Origin: Mobula hypostoma
Lineage: Eukaryota
Length of the DNA: 64,000 bases
Reading direction: 5' to 3'
NCBI RefSeq assembly: GCF_963921235.1
Contig: NC_086108.1
Span: forward strand, 102,302,001 to 102,366,000
Positions 62,101-64,000 of this stretch are shown piece after piece (positions within the stretch are counted from its first letter, which is position 1; each line of letters opens with the position of its first letter). Below the pieces are notes generated by a model. It did not search any database and was not told where the DNA came from. It was given only the letters and a program-made list of their open reading frames with translations. The position numbers were made by a program, and so were the translations under genes.

Positions 62101-62289
62101 TTATTAGGAGGGAGGAACTGTTATAATTGCTGTGTGCTACTGAAAGACTTAATGATGCTATGACATTGTTATTCACAGGTTTCATTAGCAGCTTTAGAAG
62201 AAAGGACAACAGTAACAGAAACAGAACTGCAGCAGCTCAAAACCAAAGCCAAACAACAAGAGGAAATTGCTCTGCAATACGAAACTCGG
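11080..62289 (+). CDS. ODF2L: Outer dense fiber protein 2-like, multi-exon CDS span (12 open exons, 3' incomplete)
   Basis: Exons 11080-11184, 12485-12601, 21480-21637, 24623-24749, 28417-28539, 37835-37909, 39700-39771, 39867-39983, 45082-45267, 47863-47972, 60235-60370, 62179-62289 join in frame with GT-AG sites; coiled-coil product follows recalled ODF2/ODF2L segments in order; synteny with CLCA. Confidence 0.88.
11494..11860 (+). mobile_element. CR1 LINE 3' end
   Basis: GLDRVDMERMF..KKNFLSQRVVNLWNSLP and 3' UTR GGCCGAATGGCCTAATTCTGCTCC. Confidence 0.85.
12485..12601 (+). CDS. ODF2L: ODF2L coding exon
   Basis: VSRRKLSAESAKWTKSQKRKTNDCRKSKTFLWSQNCKQE; ACAG| acceptor, |GTAAGT donor, phase 0-0. 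Confidence 0.7.
12744..14205 (-). mobile_element. CR1 LINE RT/3' end, interrupted by a SINE
   Basis: KFADDTKVGG..LQRDIDR; LYRTLVRLHLEYCAQFWSP; tail at 12744. Confidence 0.9.
13505..13829 (+). mobile_element. tRNA-derived SINE
   Basis: A box TGGCCAAGTGA, B box GTTCGAGCC, CORE-like GTGTCCTTG.GCAAGGCACTTAA; TSD TGACCTACC at 13496-13504 and 13830-13838. Confidence 0.85.
14255..14930 (-). mobile_element. Old CR1 LINE 3' fragment
   Basis: Reverse-strand HLEYCAQFWP region (14730-14760) and 3' UTR remnants. Confidence 0.7.
15012..15289. mobile_element. Tc1/mariner-type non-autonomous element (MITE)
   Basis: 25-bp TIRs CAGTACTGTGCAGAAGTCTTAGGCA / TGCCTAAGACTTTTGCACAGTACTG flanked by TA on both sides. 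Confidence 0.88.
15990..16198 (+). mobile_element. RTE-like LINE 3' end with (GACA)n tail
   Basis: LEKLILS.KI..PRGRP-like C-terminus; GATACAAG repeated at both flanks. Confidence 0.5.
17769..20323 (-). mobile_element. Penelope-like retroelement (RT plus GIY-YIG endonuclease), 5'-truncated, with inverted pLTR copy
   Basis: RT FYLLPKIHKP..GRPIVS and LRYIDNC; GIY-YIG VIYCVRCSRCGLLYIGETRRRL..VATHFN; 17769-17965 is the reverse complement of about 20076-20270; TSD TTTACTTTGAACTTT at 17754-17768 and 20324-20338. Confidence 0.93.
20505..20770 (+). mobile_element. tRNA-derived V-SINE-like element
   Basis: B box GGTTCAATTCC and V-domain-like TGGGTTTCCTCC..CACATTC.AAAGA; relatives at about 37937-38165, 40645-40830 and 43770-43980 (-). 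Confidence 0.65.
21006..21187 (+). pseudogene. ODF2L: Disrupted (pseudo)exon of ODF2L
   Basis: RPA*ALKATPGRMEKI / KTLYHSSNASFNEEANICEQMNQCEQQIDRVMEYLKQLKN* matches the recalled ODF2 segment ..LEITP..MNRYDKKIDSLM..LKSE; TAA at 21015 and 21185, net +11 nt frameshift near 21050-21064; AG and GTATGT retained. Confidence 0.7.
21480..21637 (+). CDS. ODF2L: ODF2L coding exon
   Basis: LNTSNELFEEDLDISSKSKCVAEDFEAEQSRISNKDGAFWQTFEKLQELDLK(G); open, phase 0-2, fits the next exon. Confidence 0.7.
22600..24140 (+). mobile_element. Old CR1 RT fragment interrupted by a Rex1/Babar 3' fragment (about 23575-23955)
   Basis: MDVVHIDFSKVF..LFVIDINDLD; insert ends in TAAACCTGATTCTG tail. Confidence 0.75.
24623..24749 (+). 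CDS. ODF2L: ODF2L coding exon
   Basis: MERKGLAEESKLSKALKEAEATCIAAAKQVATLKNSIAELMQ versus ODF2 LVEAEMDGAAAAKQVMALKDTI; phase 2-0. Confidence 0.9.
25555..26420 (-). mobile_element. CR1 LINE (distal endonuclease/tether joined to 3' end, internally deleted)
   Basis: DLVLENELGQVSDLLVGEHFGGSDHNSI; ASRIKENPKAFYKYVKSKR; tail at 25555. Confidence 0.85.
26421..27835 (+). mobile_element. CR1 LINE 5' UTR, ORF1 and start of ORF2
   Basis: LRLLKDCVRKLELQLDDL; VVCLPGTRVRDV..QPEVMVHNGTDDIGR; LRCVYFNARCIMNKVDEL..AITETW. Confidence 0.9.
28417..28539 (+). CDS. ODF2L: ODF2L coding exon
   Basis: FSTFGVNRLAGVKDLLLEKKGSSTIANQRFKQPLKSMWNRV versus ODF2 INTLTRQKELLLQKL; weak AAG acceptor at 28416, donor GTG|GTAACA. 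Confidence 0.65.
29009..29628 (+). repeat. Gypsy 5' LTR
   Basis: Direct repeat of 37173-37787; TGTAAAG...GTTTCA. Confidence 0.92.
30090..31712 (-). mobile_element. Young 5'-truncated CR1 LINE nested in the Gypsy gag
   Basis: 447-codon open RT ORF 30335-31678 (GVPQGSVLGPLLFVIYINDLD, KFVDDTK); tail at 30090; ACTT at both junctions. Confidence 0.95.
37173..37787 (+). repeat. Gypsy 3' LTR
   Basis: Direct repeat of the 5' LTR, preceded by the PPT. Confidence 0.92.
37835..37909 (+). CDS. ODF2L: ODF2L coding exon
   Basis: PSMDCTSIQVEVLMQKLMRSKSENI; TTACAG| and |GTGAGT; phase 0-0. Confidence 0.85.
38700..39605 (-). mobile_element. Rex1/Babar LINE RT 3' part
   Basis: KFADDTTLVGLI; LRTFYRGTIESILTGCITAWYG; (ATTCA)n-type tail near 38695-38712. 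Confidence 0.85.
39700..39771 (+). CDS. ODF2L: ODF2L coding exon
   Basis: HLKSKVLKAERNAKEVSEMCQKEK versus ODF2L NLKKKVFEKEAHIQELSCLFQSEK; canonical splice sites. Confidence 0.9.
39867..39983 (+). CDS. ODF2L: ODF2L coding exon
   Basis: DNSFFAKQLSKSIGATQAHLQGQLQNKEAESDRMLAQIL versus ODF2 LSKSMESMRGHLQAQLRSKEAENSRL. Confidence 0.92.
41660..41920. repeat. Diverged two-copy tandem duplication (period about 141 bp)
   Basis: GGACATTCTT..AAATTTCTGTGTCACAGC at 41660-41780 and 41801-41920. Confidence 0.8.
42290..42920 (+). mobile_element. 3' end of a Hero-like non-LTR retrotransposon (restriction-like endonuclease domain plus 3' UTR)
   Basis: Open ORF 42297-42776: LRPDIVL..VVLLELTVPWE..ERKLSKY..PVEVGCRGF..AERASRWLWLKR, the RLE signature of R2-group (Hero) elements. 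Confidence 0.85.
42784..42901 (+). ncRNA. Putative non-circularly permuted hammerhead ribozyme with kink-turn
   Basis: Core CUGAAGA 42885-42891, GAAA 42857-42860, GUA site 42838-42840; stems I, II, III and outer helices pair by inspection. Confidence 0.65.
45082..45267 (+). CDS. ODF2L: ODF2L coding exon
   Basis: RLERTIMDKRLQIEHLRALISTVKDKIKEDKTVLKKAAQTQKRRAERFEAAMGNLNSQMKDK versus ODF2 LKKAIRAQKERAEK..QLADK. Confidence 0.93.
45425..45660. mobile_element. Penelope pLTR fold-back insertion with hammerhead core
   Basis: Inverted arms; CTGACGA..GAAACGTC at 45555-45582; TSD GCTCTAATCTTGTT at 45411-45424 and 45661-45674. Confidence 0.85.
46197..47113 (-). mobile_element. CR1 LINE 3' part, same family as 30090-31712
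   Basis: ORF 46505-47089 LQRDLDQLEKWA..LVRPNLECCVQFWSP. Confidence 0.9.
47863..47972 (+). CDS. ODF2L: ODF2L coding exon
   Basis: EMKLLEAQRTLDSWNRQYSAVAEDKAQLGTEVISLS(G) versus ODF2 EALSTLESWRSRY; phase 0-2. Confidence 0.92.
48804..49998. mobile_element. Short Tc1-type MITE split by a Rex1/Babar LINE fragment (about 48849-49978, +)
   Basis: TIR halves at 48804 and 49979-49998 with TA flanks; insert ORF HGSNTIYKFADNTTIVGRI..LNVSKTKELIVDFR. Confidence 0.85.
49600..49810 (+). mobile_element. tRNA-derived SINE with (TTC)n tail nested in the Rex1 3' UTR
   Basis: A box TGGCGTAGTGG, B box GTTCAAATCC. Confidence 0.75.
50539..51379 (+). mobile_element. Solo LTR (841 bp)
   Basis: TGTGACG...CGTAACA termini; TSD CAGG at 50535-50538 and 51380-51383; AATAAA at 51291; interrupts a CR1 endonuclease reading frame. 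Confidence 0.88.
51406..57101 (+). mobile_element. Full-length decayed L1-clade LINE (ORF1 about 51557-52687, ORF2 53156-56843)
   Basis: ORF1 LENFSRRNNIRI..IERAHR..FYPD; ORF2 SFNVNGLNGPVKR, LQETHL, GGDFN, YSRIDLF, RQGCPLSP, SADD; AATAAA plus A tail; TSD AAAAAGAAC at 51397-51405 and 57102-57110. Confidence 0.95.
57583..59000 (-). mobile_element. CR1 LINE RT/3' end inserted into a Tc1-type MITE
   Basis: YLDFQKAFDKVPH; LYKALMKPHLEYC; TSD ATATACTGTAT at 57572-57582 and 59001-59011; degenerate TIR halves near 57540 and 59035. Confidence 0.88.
59630..59709. mobile_element. hAT (Charlie-like) MITE
   Basis: CAGGGG..AAC / GGGAACCTCTG termini; 8-bp flanks CTCTAGAG and CTCTAAAC. Confidence 0.7.
60235..60370 (+). 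CDS. ODF2L: ODF2L coding exon
   Basis: KADALKEQLKKTTERATCASRELLDKLHTTSSENACLCKENAQLR versus ODF2 LVERLH..LENERLK; phase 2-0; weak donor GTTCAG. Confidence 0.88.
61330..62082 (+). mobile_element. Rex1/Babar LINE RT fragment
   Basis: LSPLFCSLYTHVCVARHSS..YKLADDTTIV..NVSKTKELIVD; CTGATT tail. Confidence 0.85.
62179..62289 (+). CDS. ODF2L: ODF2L coding exon (last in window)
   Basis: VSLAALEERTTVTETELQQLKTKAKQQEEIALQYETR versus ODF2L TTLAALKDE..MYKTQ; CACAG| and |GTAATA. Confidence 0.9.
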
Positions 62290-62914
62290 GTAATAAAAGA
62301 TACAACCAAAGCCAACTACTTAAAAAGGCATTGAAAAGCCTTTTTAAGCCATTGTGAGGTTGTCATAGATCCAATTGAACATTACGTGGCTGTACCAGCA
62401 AAATGGTGGGAAACGTTCTGTGCACAATGAAAGACTTAAATTTTGGTAATCAGTCCAATATCTTAAAACTATGAAATTATATTGTATCTCATCAAATGTG
62501 CTGTAAGTGGTTTGGTTGGATTGGCTAATACAACTTTGATGAGGAAGATGGTTATCAACAAAAATGAAGTTCCCTTTCTTCTATAAAAAGGGGTTTATTC
62601 TGAAGCATTTTGTTAGACTACATGAAGACTGCAGTGGATGACTGATGTGCCTAATAAATGGATGTGTTGTGATGTATATTCCAACAGCATGTAGACAGCA
62701 AGATAAATGTAAAAAGTGAATCAGAACTGTAGAATACTGTACCTTTTGGTCAAAACAGTATCATTTTTCCAGGAGCACTTTTTTTCCCAGTGTGGAAATA
62801 TCAAACACCAAAAAGCATGCATATAAGGTGAGAGGGGATAAGTTCAAAAGAGACATACAGAGCAAGGATTTGTTTTCAGGAGTGTGCTGTCAGGAGTGTT
62901 AGTGGAGGCAGATA

Positions 62915-63238
62915 GGTGGAGGGGCCGGTAGTGCTGAGGAAACAGAGAGCCTGCAGAGAGGCTTAGATAGTTCAGAAGAATGGGCAAAGAAGTGGCAAAT
63001 GAAATACAACGTTGGAAAGTCTAAGGTCATGCACTTTGGTGGAAGCAATAAACGGGCAGACTATTATTTAGATGGGGAGAGAATTCAAAATGCAGAGACG
63101 CAAAGAGACTTGGGAGTCCTTGTGCAAGATACCCTAAAGGTTAACCTCCAGGTTGAGTCGGTCATGAAGAAAGCAAATGCAATGTTGACATTCATTTCTA
63201 GAGGTATAAAATATAAAAGCAGGGATGTGATGTTGAGG
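62915..63238 (+). mobile_element. CR1 RT fragment, interrupted by the Penelope element
   Basis: WAKKWQMKYNVGKSKVMHFG..QRDLGVLVQD. Confidence 0.85.
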
Positions 63239-64000
63239 CAACACTCAGAACACACTGGAGGAATTCGGCAGGTCGTGCAGCATCCGTGGAAAAGATCGGT
63301 CGACGTTTCGAGCCGGAACCCTTCATCAGAACTGAAGAGGGAAGGGGCAGAGACCCTATAAAGAAGGTGGGGGGAGGGTGGGAAGGAGAAGGCTGGTAGG
63401 TTCCAGGTGAAAAACCAGTGAGGGGAAAGATAAAGGGGTGGGGGAGGGGAAGCAGGGAGGTGATAGGCAGGAAAGGTGAAGAAGGAATAGGGGAAAACAC
63501 AATGGGTAGTAGAAGGAGGCGGAACCATGAGGGAGGTGATAGGCAGCTGGGGGAGGGGGCAGAGTGACATAGGGATAGAGGAAGGGAGGGGGAGGGAATT
63601 ACCGGAAGTTGGAGAATTCTGTGTTCATACCAAGGGGCTGGAGACTACCTAGACGGTATATGAGGTGTTGTTCTTCCAACCTGAGTTTAGCCTCATCATG
63701 GCAGTAGAGGAGGCTATGTATGGACATATCTGAATGGAACTGGGAAGTAGAGTTGAAGTGGGTGGCTACTGGGAGATCCTGTCTGTTGTGGCGGACGGAG
63801 CGGAGCTGCTCAACGAAGCGGTCCCCCAGTCTGCGTCGAGTTTCACCGATGTAGAGAAGGCCGCGCCGGGAGCATTGTTTAAATGACCCCAACAGACTCA
63901 CAAGTGAAGTGTTGCCTCACTTGGAAGGACTGTTTGCGGCCCTGAATGGTGGCAAAAGAGGAGGTGTAGGGACAGGTGTAGCACTTGCGCTTACAGGGAT
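63239..64000 (-). mobile_element. Penelope-like element 3' end (GIY-YIG plus pLTR), runs off window end
   Basis: LLYIGETRRRLGDRFVEQLRSVR..VATHFN..EEQHLIYRLGSLQP. Confidence 0.92.
63296..63335 (-). ncRNA. Minimal type I hammerhead ribozyme in a Penelope pLTR
   Basis: Minus strand TCAGTT CTGATGA A GGGTTCCGGCTC GAAAC GTC GACCGA: intact core, palindromic ACGT stem III. Confidence 0.7.

Noticed and set aside
1..64000. CRISPR arrays, rRNA genes or prokaryotic operons
   Set aside because: None seen; the sequence is intron-rich vertebrate DNA and the recurring palindromes are Penelope pLTR pieces

Overview
Eukaryotic, repeat-rich vertebrate genomic DNA. The repeat families and gene sequences suggest a cartilaginous fish, possibly a ray (inference). 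Two host genes lie head to head. On the minus strand is the first coding exon of a CLCA-family gene (3067-3228), with a TATA box. On the plus strand is the 5' part of ODF2L, with a CpG-rich promoter near 8.3-8.5 kb and 12 open coding exons from 11080 to 62289 that splice in frame; the gene continues past the window. A thirteenth, ODF2-homologous exon (21006-21187) carries two stops and a frameshift, but it is phase 0-0 and can be skipped. The introns hold many CR1 and Rex1/Babar LINE pieces, tRNA-derived SINEs, Tc1 and hAT MITEs, a full-length decayed Gypsy element with PNMA-like Gag (29009-37787), a solo LTR, a full-length decayed L1 (51406-57101), Penelope elements and a Hero-like RLE-LINE 3' end. 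The top candidate is the Hero-like 3' UTR (42784-42901), which folds by hand into a hammerhead ribozyme with all core nucleotides intact but a non-circularly permuted strand order and a kink-turn. A graded series of fold-back Penelope insertions with 14-15 bp TSDs and minimal hammerheads is also present. All homology calls are from recalled protein motifs; no searches were run.
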